DNA of 64,000 bases from the human T2T-CHM13v2.0 reference genome, Homo sapiens: assembly GCF_009914755.1 (NCBI RefSeq), contig NC_060926.1; one strand, written 5' to 3'. This document shows, one piece after another, positions 19,811-40,204 of the stretch. Below the pieces are notes generated by a model. It had not been told where the DNA came from. It worked only from the letters and a program-made list of their open reading frames with translations, and searched no databases. Position 1 is the first letter of the stretch; each line of letters starts with the position of its first letter. The translations under genes were made by a program, and so were the position numbers.

Positions 19811-20377
19811 TCTTGGGACACAGGCAGGCCTGCTTCTTCGCAAAGAGCAGCATCACGCACCTCCCTCTGCTCACCTACCCCTCCCGCCCGATTGGGATCA
19901 AGGTCGACTTGATCCAGATGGCGGCAGGCAGGTCTAATGAGATGTGAAGGGATTCCCCATGGGGAGCCAAGAGTGGCTGGGAGAGAATCCCAGATTCACA
20001 TCCCCCAACTTGAGATGTCAGGAGCAAATGCTGTAGCCATGCACTAAAAACAGCAGCAGCAACAGCAAAGTCAGCACTCTCACTGAACCCTTTCTGACTC
20101 CCGTCCGTCCAATTGCTTAGGTTGGAAGGACCTCAGGCCCCCAGGTGTGGCATGGGCGCCATCTGCCCTAGGCCCCCACATGCACAGTCAGACTCCGCCC
20201 CCACCATCCCCAGCATCCACATGGACAACATTGCCAACGGGCCCATCTTTCACGGACACGACTTGCTGTTTCCTCTCAAAATGGCAGAAAGCACCTGCTC
20301 AGGCACTGACACACACACCTAGGAATTTATATTTCTCTTTTTTAGAGAAAGTAAATCTTGAAATAAATAGACTGATA

Positions 20378-20969
20378 GGCCAGGCCCAGTGGCTCACACC
20401 TGTAATCTTGGCACTTTGGGAGGCTGAGGCGGGAGGATTGCTTGAGCTCAGAGAGACCAGCCTGAGCACACACAGTGAGAACTTGTCTCTAATAAAAAAT
20501 TTAAAAAGGCCGGGTGTGGTGGCTCATACCTGTAATCCCAGCACTTTGGGAGGCTGAGGCGGGTGGATCATGAGGTCAGGAGATTGAGACCATCCTGGCT
20601 CACACGGTGAAACCCTGTCTCTACTAAAAATACAAAAAATTAGCCGGGCGTGGTGGCAGGCACCTGTAGTCCCAGCTCCTGGGGAGGCTGAGGCAGGAGA
20701 ATGGTGTGAACCCGGGAGACAGAGCTTGCGGTGAGCCGAGATCGCGCCACTGAACTCCAGCCTGGGCAACAGGTGAGACTCCGTCTCAAAAAGAAAAAAA
20801 TAAATAAATTAGCTGAATGTGGTGGCACACACCTGTAGCCCCAGCTATCTGGGAGGCTGAGTCAGGGCGAGGTGGGAGATCAAGGCTGCAGTGAGCTATG
20901 ATCATATCACTGCACTCCAGCCTGAGTGGCAGAGCAAGACCCTGTCTTAAAATAAATAAATAAATAGAA
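20378..20969 (+). mobile_element. AluJ with an AluY (20508-20808) nested in its central A-rich linker
   Basis: J left arm, complete Y dimer, J right arm in order. Confidence 0.88.
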
Positions 20970-21207
20970 ATAGATAACATGGAGGCCTCCTGGACTCTGG
21001 ACCCATGTGTGTATTGTTTCTTACAAAGGATTAAACAGAACTGGGCCACCTCTCACTTGGTTCAGTTATTCGTTTTCCCAAAGCTTCCTGTTTCTCTTCC
21101 CCTCTGTGCCTGATGCTAATCATCAGATTTCCAGGTTGGTCATGGCTTCAGAAGTTTCACTGAGGCATGTGGTGATCTGAGCTTGTGGTCTTTGTTTCTT
21201 TCTTCAG

Positions 21208-21318
21208 CTCTGCAGTTAATGATGAACACCGCAACAGCCACCTTATCAAATACTTCCAAATGCCAGCCTGAAACTCACATGGGAGATTGACAGAGGCCAA
21301 GGACGTGTGATTTTTAAG
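21208..21318 (+). ncRNA. Candidate non-coding exon (111 nt)
   Basis: Acceptor tctttgtttctttcttcag and donor AAG/gtaagc; stops in all three frames. Confidence 0.4.
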
Positions 21319-22043
21319 GTAAGCATGTGATGGCTTTGACAGGAATACATTTTGAGAGGTTAACATAGCACTGAAGAGATGGTTTATTTTAAAGGCAGGC
21401 CATAACTCAGGATCACGAGCTTGGAGACTTGAATGCAGCAAAAGGCAAACTGAGCTTGGCTCCTGCAAGAGCCTCCTGTAAACGTGAGCTGTGTCCCAGC
21501 AGCCTTCGAAGGTGGACTCTAAAGAGAAAATGTCTCAAAGTATTGTAGAAGATGGCTGTGACTTGGAGTTGTGTTGGGGAAAATTTTGCAAGCACATTAT
21601 TAGAATATATCAATTAAATATGACATCAATATGAGAGTTAAGGTGAAATTCAAATTCCTTGCTGGAAACAACCATAGCAATGACTCATCCTATAGGTCTT
21701 GAATTAAAGCTATATTTCAGTAACACTGTATATTTCAAAACCACAAAATGGAAGCTTTGATTTTTCATTCAGTCACCTGAAAAGTACTACAACAGTATTC
21801 GAGAGCAATGAAATTGCATTTCAGAGACCTGACATGAGATAGCTAGTTGGTGTTCAGAAAGTGTTTGGGTTTTAACGACCCCTTCTGATTTGTTCTTCAC
21901 TCAAAGCTGCTGCCAATAAGCTACTCCTAGAGGATACTGAAAGATCCTTTCCTGTTTTTAAAAGAAATAACATGCTTCATCAACAATTATTACAAATTTT
22001 GGAAGGAAACGGTACTGCAGGAGCTCTATCTCTTTTTCTCCAG

Positions 22044-22145
22044 TGAAAATTGCATTTCTATAATTCAAGATCTAGTCACAAGGGCTTAAGCAAGACCTTG
22101 TGCCAGCAATCAGGCATGGATCAAATGCACTTTTGCCTTCCTAAG
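22044..22145 (+). ncRNA. Candidate non-coding exon (102 nt)
   Basis: Acceptor ctctatctctttttctccag and consensus donor AAG/gtaagt; stops in all three frames. Confidence 0.45.
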
Positions 22146-22396
22146 GTAAGTTCAATTAAAAAATAAAACTGTCATAGAACTTTCACAGGATAAGGTGTGA
22201 TTCCTGAGTCTAATATTTCAAAGATATTTTTATGCAAGATAAAGTAAGTCATAGATGGCCACCTGTTATTTCCTTAGGGATCCCTTTGTCTGGGAAGAAA
22301 TGCCTATGAATTGTCCCAGGTTGGCCACCACTAAGAAATGGAGACATCAGAATGCTCCTGGACAAAGCTGCCTCCATAAGTTTTGTTTCATTTTTA

Positions 22397-23125
<729 letters not shown>

Positions 23126-23588
23126 AGTGAGCCAGCTGCGAGAGTGTGTCACATGGGTCACAGTGTGCTGGTGCCCAGGACTACTCCTAATGTGCGTGAA
23201 TGCTCACGGAGCTGCTTGGAACAGCGCCGGCTGCGCGGCATCGTCTGTTACCCTTCTGCCGGCAGATGCAAGCCTCGGGCGAGAAAGGCCACAGCTCCCC
23301 ACCTGTGAAAACCAACTCTTGTTTCCATGAAAAGAGTTTTTAAAAAAGATCAGCAACTGAGAACAGAAGTAAGTATTGTTTGCATTATCTTAGAGATTGC
23401 AGCAGCTGGCCACAGAGAATCTGGATCAGAGCTAATAAGGGAACTTATTGAAACAGGATACAGCCTGACAATTCTTGAACAAGGAATAGGGCATGCCCAG
23501 GGAAGTAGAAAATAGTAGAAGCTGAGAGGTAAAATGTTGCCAAGAAAACTTAACTGAACCATCTTATCTCAATAGTTTATGAGTTTTA

Positions 23589-23807
<219 letters not shown>

Positions 23808-25079
23808 TCAGCCCAGGGCTGTCCTGGGGATGTTGCCCAAGCTCTCTGTGGTGAAGTTCTGCTTCTTGTCCGTAAAAAGGGGGGACTATGTTCTCGGGGC
23901 CTGAGGGTCAGAGACACGGGAGGTAAAAGTGCTGGAAAACACTGAATAGATGCTGACCAAATGCTGTATTCCCTCTCAGCCCCCACATGCCGTGGTTTAG
24001 ACAAGAACTATGTAATGCGTAGCTGAGAGCTCAAGTGCACAAATGGGCTAGAATGTGGTGACTCAGAGGAAGGTCAGAAGATGCACAGCTTGTGCCCTTT
24101 GAAAATCTAAAAGAAAAATAAGTGAAAAAACTGCATGGGTGCCAGTGCAGGGCAGAGAGTGAGTGGGGAGGAGAACAGCGTGCTCTGGAGCAGACAAATG
24201 CCGGCCAGGGGCAGGCTCAGAGGCAGCATGGCCGCATACACCAAGCTGACGGCCTTTTCGTGGAATGCGGCTTCACTCTACAAGTATCGGATTCTGGGTA
24301 CTAAGGAAAAGTCTCTAGCGTGATCTGCATCTTGGAAAGTTTTCACCTGCCCAGACACTCAATCACCTGGTTGGGTGAACAAAGTGGGGCCTGAGGTCTC
24401 AGGATTTGGGGTGCTTTCAGGATGCCTCTTCCCAGAACTTCTCTTCTGTGTGAACCCAGAGTCAGTGGTTCTGAGACAGACCTTAACCTCTCCTGTGAGT
24501 GGAGATGACAAGTTTGGATTTGAGGGCAAAAGATAGTATCTCTGGGAATAAAAGGCAGGCAAGCAGTAACGCTTTGAAGTCCGGGTGCCTGAAGCGTCAC
24601 CGCTGCAGCTCCAGCTGTGCTGTGGGTCTCCGCAGGGCCGGGAGACTCTTACCAGGCTCACCAACAGGGCTGCAGGAAACGGGGAGGAGTGAGTGCTCTC
24701 CAGTCAGGCAGAAAAAAATCACTCCAGCTCCACTAGTTTCTCCACCGTGACTGAGCCTCCTTTTGCCTGTTGGACTCCCAGCCCCAGTCACAATCATCCT
24801 TCATGTTTACCCATGTGCGTGTTGTTTTCTGACTCTCAAAGAGATGCAACCCACTTTATCTCAACATGAAGGAGATCAGGTGGTTACCATCAAACCCACT
24901 TTACCAGTAAGCTCAAGCAAACCCACCAATAAGCTCAAGCAAACCCAGAGACATTATGTAACTGACTGGTGTATGAAAAGCCACAAGTCATAGGTCCAAG
25001 TCTCCTGGACGTGTTCACCAGACCACACCTTCCAGAAAGACAGATCTGAGCCCCTGACATAGGCAGGTATAGATGGTCT

Positions 25080-25440
25080 TCAGGTTTTAAACCAACAGAG
25101 CCTGGATTTAGGGGTCACAGATAGTGGCCACTCAGCCACGGTGTGGAGAGGCTCAGCTTGTTACCTCCTAAGAATACCAGGTGAACAGATTTGAGAGATG
25201 CTTAGGTGATAAAGTGAACTGGATTTGGTGACAAGCCACTTGGGGAAAAGGAAAGTCAAGATACTCCTAGGTTTCTGGCCTGTGGGTCTGTGTTGGACAG
25301 TCATGCAATCACCGGCCAGCTGGCCTTTGAGATCAGCCTTGTTGATAGAGGCTGGATTTCAAGGGTCGTCATTCATTTATTTTGTGAACAAACATTAATT
25401 GAGTTTCTCTATGTGCCTAACACTCTATTGAATGCAGAAT
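25080..25440 (-). mobile_element. L2 fragments
   Basis: ggatttggtgac...aaagtcaagatactcctaggtttctggcctg; attcatttatt...tatgtgcctaacact. Confidence 0.6.
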
Positions 25441-25578
25441 CATGCGGGGTGGACACGTCCTTCCTCTGGGTTGAGTGTATGTTTGACATGGCTTTGTGTC
25501 CCTAGCAATTTGCCCACCACCTGGCATCTTTGTGAGTTCTCAGTATAGTCACATTCTGAATGAAGAAAGGAAGAGATG

Positions 25579-27310
<1,732 letters not shown>

Positions 27311-27402
27311 CATATAGATAGAAAAGTCAGAGGCAACAGCTGAGCCAGAGAATGGGCCTGGGCCACCCTGGTGAGGAGGGAGAGCAATACGCAGATATTT
27401 GA

Positions 27403-27717
<315 letters not shown>

Positions 27718-27733
27718 GGAGATTTGTTTGAAA

Positions 27734-28276
<543 letters not shown>

Positions 28277-28789
28277 TCAGAGTGGCAGGTGTAATGTGTG
28301 AGCCCCGGTGTGGCTGGCTGTGGGCCCTGTGGGTTGCATGAAGTAGCTTAATGCGAGTAGAAAAGAGAGACAGGAGGGGGCCTTAGAGTAGCTCTTGAGG
28401 AGCTCTTCCAGAGAAGAGCTGGGCAGGGAGAGGGGTGTGGGGAGCTCAAAACAGAATCAAAGGGTGGAGAAAGCAAGCCAGGAGACAACTGGCTCCAGTG
28501 ACTGACAGCATCATTCCACCCTTGCCTGCTTTCCTGTGCTGTTGATAACCAGTGTGGCTATGTTGTCATTCCCCTGTCAATATCAAGTGAGTTTTTATAA
28601 GTTTGAAAACCTGGCATTTTAAATTTTAAATGAAGATAGAAGAGTATGTCAAGAGGCGTGGGTGCGCGTGCCTGGTCCCAAGCTGGACTCCTTGGGAGAG
28701 TCCTGCCAACCCTGCCAGCCAGTGCCAGATACGTGGATGTGTGCTGGGCTGAACCACACAGAGACCCTTGGGCTCTCCAACTGGCGCCT

Positions 28790-28975
28790 CTTTCATAGCC
28801 TTTACAAGTGATAACTCACAAGGACCCTCTCCATGACTTCCCCCTTTTCTTCAGAGGAGGAAACCAAGGCACAGCCAGGAGAAATGACTTGCCCAGCTCA
28901 ACAACCAGTGAGGAGAGGTATCAGGATTCAAACCAGGCAGTGTGGCTCCAGAGTCCATGGCCTTTATCACTGCCC
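28790..28975 (-). mobile_element. MIR
   Basis: cagaggaggaaaccaaggcacag...aatgacttgccca...ggattcaaaccaggcagtgtggctccagag. Confidence 0.75.
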
Positions 28976-30782
28976 CCTACCCTTTGGCAAGCTCCACTTT
29001 TGATAGCGCTGATGTGATAGCAGACAACGTGTAATTGCCAAACTTTAGTCATCAGCACGCTAGCTTTGAATGGAAACACAAGGTATGACCCAATCTCTTC
29101 TTCTTAAGCATTTGGCTGAGATGATTTGTCCCTGCTCTGCCCCCACCCCCCTGCCACCCACCGCCCCCCGCCGGCGACCCCCTGCCCCTTGTCTTCCTAA
29201 GGAATTGCTGTATCACGGTCTAGGGGAGTTTCCGAGCTCTGAGAAGTTTCTCTACAGCTTCTGAGGTGAGGATCCACCCTGCATGAAGGATACTGGGCCA
29301 CTCAGGCCTTCTCCCACTCCGCGGCAGGATCCTAGCGCCTGAGGACACTGGAGCCATTCCAGGTGAGATCGGCTGTGTGACTAGCCTGCAGTGCAGCAGA
29401 CATTTGTGTAGGGCGTCTCTCCACACATCAGATGAGCTTCTTGACTCAGGCTAATTTGAGCCTGTTTCATTATGACCTGGGTGAGAAGACACCCGAAGCC
29501 AGAGAGCACTTTGGTGCTTTTTATGACCTTGAGAGTTTCTCTTCCTAATAAGCTGTTTCCTGGCATCATTCTAGCCAAGCCCCCTTTCCCGTTTGATAAC
29601 CAATGTTGCTGTGTTGCCATTCCCCTCCCCTGAGTTTAAAACATTTGACAACCTGCATTCTAAATGAAAAAAATCCTGATATGCAACCAGTCTTGTCTTT
29701 CACAAAACTAAACAAGAGTTTCTCTTTGGCTTAATAAAATCTTAGAGCAGCCAACCTTGGAGTGTATTTTAGTTACTTTACATCCAAACTGTAGGATTTA
29801 GTGAAAAGCCATGTGTTTACTACCATGAAGTAGAAATGTGTTGAAAACACACCATCCAATTGCTATGGTGCAGGCTCTTCTAACAGCCTATCGGAACTTC
29901 CTTCACTTCACAAATGATACACTCTAGGGTAGAACTTCCTATTTTTAAAACCGCATAAATTCCCCCACCCATTCCCCTTACAACACTTCAACAATCTGAT
30001 TACGTCGTATTTTCATTTTCCTACTGTGATTGACGCTTTATGTGAAACCTCACCAAGCTCTGAGAAACTCCTAGGAATGCAGTCACACTAAGTGAGATCC
30101 ACTTTTGCTGTTTTTCCTTGATTTGAAGGTCAGATGGACATTCAGTATTTTCCCCAGTTGGGTTCACTGCAAACAGGATCAGTCTGGAAAACATATTCTT
30201 GTCCCATGACGAGAATCCAGAGGGAACTATGTTTGCCTTTTCATTGATGTGATTATCAATGTGGATTTTGTAGTTTAAAAACAAAGCAACTCCATTTTGC
30301 AACTGCATTCTCCATAGAAATTTGACCTTTGGTGGGGCTGACTAATCTTATCAACAAATCGGTCCCACAATGATTATTCCACCCATTAATTCTCAGCAAC
30401 AAATGGTAAGCAAGATGGCCAGGAAGGATGACTGACTCCCTCGCAGGCTCGGCCAGGCTTCAGGCCCTATCTTTGGATCTGTGTTCATCATGGTGATTGT
30501 CAACTGCAAGCCTGATTTGATAGCCTTTCCTCTCGTGGTATTACTCGGAGGTAATGTGCAAGCAGAGAGACCTGGATGCAAATTCTGCTCTATAGTTGAC
30601 CATTATCTTACAATGATCTCAGTTTCCCATAACACCAATTTCTATGTTTTCCATTTATAAACACCTGTAATTCGCCTTGCTTGGCTTTGTGATGTGTGAG
30701 TACAATACATTTGATGTTATAATGGAAATGTGCACTAATAAAATGCACCTTTAGCCATTTGCTATCTTAGGGATTTCTGTAA

Positions 30783-31118
<336 letters not shown>

Positions 31119-31701
31119 CATTTCTATAATTTTGAAAACTACTGGCTAAGGAGAATAATGGTGCTGAGGCTGGGGGTGTCCGGAGAACCAGCATCCATCT
31201 CCCAAGAAAACAAGGCGGCAGCCTGGGGCCTGGGACTGGGAGGGCAATGAAAGAGCTCAGTGTTATGCCCAGGAGTGAGGAAGGGCCGGGGGCATCTCTG
31301 AGCCCCTGTGAGCACGGGAGCCCTGCCTGTCTCAGGTCTGGAAGAGGGTCTCACTTCCGGCTTCAAAACGGGCTGCCTCTCCTGTGCTGCGGTGAAGCCC
31401 CTGAGTAACAGATGCTGAAGCCCGTGTGCTAGGAACTCAGAAGACGGGGCAGTCCCGCCCCTCCCTCCAGATTCCGCAAGGGAAATTACAAAGGGGTCAA
31501 GATCAGAGGAAATGTAGCCTCAGGAGCTTTACAGGAACCCAGTGGAGCTAAAGAAGGAGAAAGAGCCTGTGCTGGGCCTCTCTGTCCCGGAACTAGGCAC
31601 AGCACACAGAGCCCTTCTTTTCCCCAGGTGTCATGCCGAGCAGGTGCTGTGGGTTTGCTGTCTACCTGGGACTCGCACCCTTCCCCTGGTCCTACTTACA
31701 C

Positions 31702-31997
31702 TTTTTTTTTCTTGAGACAGGGTCGCACTGTGTTGTCCAGGCTGGAGTGCAGTGGCATGATCACGGCTCACCGCAGCCTTGACTGCTGAGGCTCAAGTGA
31801 TCCTTCCACCTCAGCCTCCCAAGTAGCTGGGACCACAGGTGCTTGCCACAGCACCTGGCTAATTATTTTTGTATTTTTTGTAGAGATGGAGTTTTTGCCA
31901 TGTTGCCCAGGCTGGTCTGGAATTCCTGGGCTCAAACAATCCTACCTCCTCGACTTCCCAGAGTTGGGATTACAGGTGTGAGCCACTTCACACGGTG
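31702..31997 (-). mobile_element. AluJ
   Basis: J-type cagccttgact..tgaggctcaagtgatcc. Confidence 0.9.
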
Positions 31998-32496
31998 CTC
32001 CTGGCTCATTTAACAAAGGTACATTGGGCAGCACAGGCCGGGGCTGGGCTCTCTTTCTTAGGGAGTTTCTCCAGCTAGAATGACTCAGGGATATCCTACT
32101 CTAACAAAATCTTTCCCTTGATTCTGCCTTCCCCTCAAGCTACTATCCTATCTCATCCCGGCAACTTCTTGAAAGAAAGGAATCACCACCCCAGACCATT
32201 GTGTGTGTCTCTCTCTGACCTAACACACCTGGCTCCCTGTACCCCACTGCACCAATGACATCATCCTCCGAAAGGTCACCAGCAACTTCCTGATTTCAAA
32301 ACCCAGCAGCTTTCTGTCAGCCCCGAGTCCTCACTGACCTCTCACCTAGCGATTTACACTGGCAGCCACCCGTCACCGGGGGTATGCACTTTGCTTCTGT
32401 GACTCTACCACCTGCTTCTCCCACCACCTCTCTGATGCTTCTGTGCTGTCTCTGAGGACTCTTCCACCTATTCTTGTTCTTCTTAAGGAAGACGGT

Positions 32497-33165
<669 letters not shown>

Positions 33166-33172
33166 AATGTAC

Positions 33173-33329
33173 TTATTTATTTGTTTGTTTACTTATTTAT
33201 TTTCATTTTTTGTAGAGATGGGGTCTCGCTGTGTTACCCAGGCTGGTCTCAACCTCCTGGCTTCAAGTGATCCTCCCACCTCTGCCTCCCCAGCTGCTGG
33301 GGTTACTGGTGTGAGCCACCAGGCCTGGC
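33173..33329 (-). mobile_element. FLAM / Alu left arm
   Basis: Single antisense monomer. Confidence 0.85.
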
Positions 33330-33511
33330 TGAAGAGACACAGTTTTGTCCTTAACAATGGTCTTCCAGATTTGGTTCTTGATCCTTTCAAACATTTATTT
33401 GTTGTTCCCACTGCTGAAGTTTCATGTATTATTATTGAATAAACAATTTTATTAATTTCATTATTTAAATTACAGAAGCAATGTATTTTATTTCATTAAG
33501 ATAAAGTGAAA

Positions 33512-33798
33512 TTTCTTTTTTTTTTTGAAACAGAGTTGCCCGGGCTGGAGTGCAGTGGTGCGATCTCGGCTCCCTGCAACCTCTGCCTCCCAGGTTCAAG
33601 CAATCCTCCTGCCTCAGCCTCCTGAGTAGCTGGGCTTACAGGCACACAGCACCATGCCCAGCTAATTTTTGTATTTTTAGTAGAGATGGGGTTTCACCAT
33701 GTTGGCCAGGATGGTCTCAAACTCCTGACCTCAAGTGATCCACCCACCTCAGTCTCCCAAAATGCTGGGATCACAGGCGTGAGCCACCGTGCCCAGCC
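33512..33798 (-). mobile_element. AluS
   Basis: Antisense dimer. Confidence 0.93.
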
Positions 33799-34679
33799 AG
33801 AAGATGATATAATTTCTGAATAAATAAATTGCTCAAAGTTCTTTACTGAGCTGTAAGATCGAATTCCCAAAGCATTATCGTGGGTCTCCCAACATGGCTG
33901 TCCCATCACATGCAGTGTGTTGTCTCCCAAACACCATCTTACTTCTTAGATCCTCTCTGACACCTAAATTCCCACAGCTTTTTCAGTTCTTTCTCTCCTC
34001 TGCCCCACTTCATAGCCAAACGTTTTGTCGGTCTCCCTCTCAAGGCTGGCCACAGAATTTGAGAGAACCAGGTCAGAATTGTGGGGCTTCTTGTTCAGAG
34101 CCGATTCAGAGTTTCAATAGAGTGACGGCAGAGCATTACGCAAGCGAGCGAGGGTTCTCCTGCCGAAAGCTGTGAGGCCAGCCCAGCCCTCCCTGCCCAT
34201 CCCTCCCCAACACGCTTCTTTCCATCCACCATACCCTGGCCACCACCTGCCCAGATTTCCACCGCAGCCTCCTGTGACCCCCACATCTGTCTTATCTTCC
34301 TCCCACCCCATCTGCCTGGGTACTCCTACCCCAGGACGCCAGCCCTTTGAGCCTGTGCTCAGAGCCTCTGGTATTTCCTCATTTATTTAGCAAACTGGGC
34401 ACAGTCTCTTTGGGCCAGCATCTGAGGCCCTCATTTCCGGGCTTGACTCCTACTCGGTCCCCAACCAAACACAAAGCTCCAGGCCAGTCTTTCCCTGTAC
34501 AACTCAGCCTCTGTTCTTTGCTGCGGCTGTGCCATTTCTGTGAAGTCTTACCCACCCCACCTGTGTCATCAGAACCCCTCCAAAGATCAAGGCCTACCTC
34601 TGTTGAGAAGCATTTCCTGGTCTTTGACCAGGGTCTGATCACTTCTCTCTGGTCAGTCCTACACGCTCAGGGACCATGC

Positions 34680-34880
34680 TGAGCCCCTGCTGCACACCGG
34701 GCACCCTGCTAAGGGTTCATGTGCTTTTATCATTTACATCTTTAACACCCCTACCAGGAAGGTTATATCAGTACCCTTTCGGGACTCAAAGGGGCTGAGT
34801 GAGTTGCGCAAGGCCACTTATACTGGCAAGCGGTGGATTCGAGTTCAAACCCCACTGTCTGGCTCGAGGCCCATGCCCGT
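34680..34880 (-). mobile_element. MIR
   Basis: ccgggcaccctgctaaggg...gagtgagttgcgcaaggccac...ttcaaaccc. Confidence 0.65.
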
Positions 34881-34952
34881 GTTGTGCCTTATGGGGCTGA
34901 CATTGGTGCATTTCTCTTGGCAATACAGTTTTGGAAGAAAATAGATTCTTCT

Positions 34953-35305
<353 letters not shown>

Positions 35306-35715
35306 CTATCCCCACATTCAGCCTTTACTGTTACTGTGATGGAGCAGTAGCAGGCCTTCAAACTTTGGGTTAGCCTGGGAAGATGCAGTGAGCAACTAGA
35401 TCACTTTATCTTTCCAAAAACTCAACCAACTATGGATTCCCTGGAGTGAAAATAACCCCTTTCAAAAGCAACATACCTTGGGTACTGTTTAGGGAATGTG
35501 TATTTGTCAATCACACTTGACTACGAATTGTCAAATTCAACTCAGAATTGGCTTGCCTTCCTTCCTTCCAACTGAGAGCAGCCCCTAGGGAATTTCTGGT
35601 TGGAGGGAGGCAGACGAGCTCCTCAACATTCACCCTTTTGTTTGGTTTTGTGCTAAGCTCTGTCTCTGCCTTGAACTCCTCTCCGAGGCTCGGGGTAAAG
35701 GAGGGAGCCAGACTT

Positions 35716-36021
35716 CTTTGCTGTTGTTGTTGTTTTGAGACAGTCTTGCTCTCTGTTGCCCAGGCTGGAGTGCAGTGGCACCACCACAGCTCACCATAAC
35801 CTCAAACTTCTGGGCTCAAGGGATCCTCCTGCCTCAGCCTCCCAAGTAGCTGGGATTACAGGTGTGCAGCACCACTCCCAGCTAATTTATTACTATTATT
35901 TTGTAGAGATTGGGTCTCCCTGTGTTGCCCAGGCTGGTCTCAAACTCCTGGTGTCAAGCGATCCTCCCACCTCATCCTCCCAAAGTTCTGGGATTATAGG
36001 CGTGAGCCACTGTGCTTGGCC
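35716..36021 (-). mobile_element. AluJ
   Basis: Antisense J-type dimer. Confidence 0.9.
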
Positions 36022-36254
36022 AGATTTCTTAGCTCCTAATATTTCTTTTCTTCTCACTGGCACTGGGGGAACCAACTTCTTTCAGAACTTCTGTGGGGCC
36101 CAAATGGAAATAGTGCTCATCCCTCCTCTTTGTTTCCCTCTCTGCCTAAAAAGCAGCTCCACCATGAGAAGAGTGAAAACTGCGGCAGGTTTCAGTGGGA
36201 GGAGCACCTAACCAACAAAAGTTAGAGAATGTGCAACCATTAACTACTGCGTTG

Positions 36255-36553
<299 letters not shown>

Positions 36554-36849
36554 ACTGCACTGCAAAATAATATTTCATGATATGGAAAATGTCCATCACA
36601 TATTATAAACACATTACAAAGCAGTATGTGTAACAGGATCCCACTCTTCTATTTAAATAAATGCATGTGTTATACTTTATCCACAGAAATTAAATGTGTA
36701 TTGTAAAACGGTAGACATACTTTTCCAAAGATATTCACCAAAATGGTTTCAGCAGTTGAATCTGGGTGGCAGATTTTGAATGAAATTGTCTTACCTTTTA
36801 AAAGTGTATTTTAATAATTTTTTTTTTTTTTACCGTTAAGGTGTATCTC

Positions 36850-37400
36850 TCAGGGACCTGTGCAGAAGCTCTGTGCTGAGTTGTAAGCTAAGAGACAAAT
36901 CTGCACGTGGCCTGTTGGCCTCCTGATCTGGCACCTGCCTCTATACCTTGCACAATCCGCACCCTGGCAGCTGCCGGGAGGAACAATATGCCACCAAAGG
37001 CCCTTCACCTGCGGTCTGCAGGCATGTGAGCGCCTTTGCCAGCAGGAACTTGGTCAGGAGTGTACCACTTCCCCTTTGTTGGGAATTCCAGGCTGACGTG
37101 GGGATGTGATTTGAGGGTGTGACCAACCTGGAGGAAAACAGGGAGTTGGGCCGCGTTATCCTGACTCACCGTCTTGTGTTTGCGCCACACTGCCTGTGAG
37201 GTTCGAACAGGGGACAATGGCTCACAGGGGTCTTTCCACCCTGCCAGCCAATGCCTCCTTCTCTGCCTAGCTTGTCCTCACCCCGAAAGTGCCTGCTTCT
37301 GACCTCTTCTTGGTCCACCCGGGCTGGCCCGTGATTGGCATTCTAGAAATGCTGCTCGAGGGACCGGGCCTCCACGCTCTGCCTACTTCACTCTGACTCC
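36850..37400. promoter_or_regulatory. Candidate enhancer (apparently unique sequence, motif cluster)
   Basis: E-box CACGTG 36904, NF-kB-like GGGAATTCC 37081, CRE-like TGACGTG 37094, AP-1 TGACTCA 37162; raised CpG content. Confidence 0.35.
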
Positions 37401-37755
37401 ACATTCCCTGTCACATCTCTGCTTAGACAGAAACCCCTTAACAGCTCCAGCTCTCTCCCACCCCATGCTGGAAATCCAACTTGCTATGGGAAAGGTCTCG
37501 CTGAAAAGAACACCACATTCCTGCCCCTCCACACTCGCCAGCTTCAGATAAATGGAAGGGTGAGAAAAAAAGCACGAGCACATGGAACGAGCCAGGAAGA
37601 AGCAGACGCTGGATGCTGCGTCCCTGATCACATCATCAGAACAGGCATTCTCCTGGGTCCGTGCTCAGGCCACTCGCCGGCCCGGACTGCTCTGCCTTCC
37701 TTTTCCTCTGGCCCATCCTTCTCAGCCCACTGCAGCCCACAAAAGCTTCTTGTGA

Positions 37756-38127
<372 letters not shown>

Positions 38128-38149
38128 TGAGGACAGAAATCTCATTCCT

Positions 38150-38330
38150 GAAAGCAGCAAAGTGTATCGGGCTTAAGACTGAGACCTGGGCAAGATTCCT
38201 GGCTCAGCCTCTTGGTAGTTATACGGCCATAGGTAGATTGGTTGAACTACTTGAAAGCCAACACAAATCTCCACCTCACAGGACTAATGGAAAGAGTACA
38301 TGCAACAATATATGTAAGGGTCCTGATAAC
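38150..38330 (+). mobile_element. MIR
   Basis: gagacctgggcaagattcctggctcagcctctt...ccacctcacaggact. Confidence 0.6.
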
Positions 38331-38831
38331 TAGTTATCCCTCCAACTTTTAACATCTTCCTATCCTTTGTTGGTTGATTGACAGACAGGTGGTGGTTTAA
38401 CCTCCATTCCTCCCGGAATTTTGTCTGCCTATCTCAGAGAGCTGGTCCTTAGGAATGTATTATGGAAAAGTTCTTGTGGCTATACCCTGCTACTCACAAG
38501 AAATTAGAGATAAACATCACTGATTATTTTTTAACAATCTACCTACAAAATAGTATTTTTGTTGTTGTTTCACAAGCTTCCTGTTCCCAGAGAAAAATAA
38601 CATGTCTTTTGATTCGTCCTAACCGTCTGTCACATTACAATTTGTATGGGGCCTGTCACTCTAGGTAGTATAAGACCCATTTCCTTCATTGCAAGGGTTA
38701 TTAATAAAATATAATTAAATAGGGTTTGAATTGGATTTGAGAAAAAGTCCATTCCAACCGCTTCTAATGTAGTAGAATTTGTGTGAGCAATTAGTAGTCT
38801 CTTCCACAAAAGAGATTTAAGAAAATGTAGG

Positions 38832-39229
<398 letters not shown>

Positions 39230-39238
39230 TCAACTTGG

Positions 39239-39860
<622 letters not shown>

Positions 39861-40204
39861 ACTCAGCTTATCAACTCTTTTGGAATGCAGCTAAAAGAAT
39901 ACTTATGGGAAGATTAGAGCCTTAAATACATATGTTACAAAACAAAAAAATCTGTAAATTAATGAGCTAGGTGTTTAACTCATGACGCTGGGGAAAAACA
40001 ACAGTGAATTTGATATTTGTCTTAAGGAGTATTACACTTCAGTGGGATCACCGCCCTGCACACATATTTTCATACAATGTGCAGCAAATTTATAAGGTGC
40101 TTTTCTGAGTTTTGTAGCTGTTATGCTTACTCAGAGCTGGAACATATCAGTTTCTCAATAAATACTCAATGAATGAATGGATAAGTGAATGCTCAAGGCA
40201 TTCC

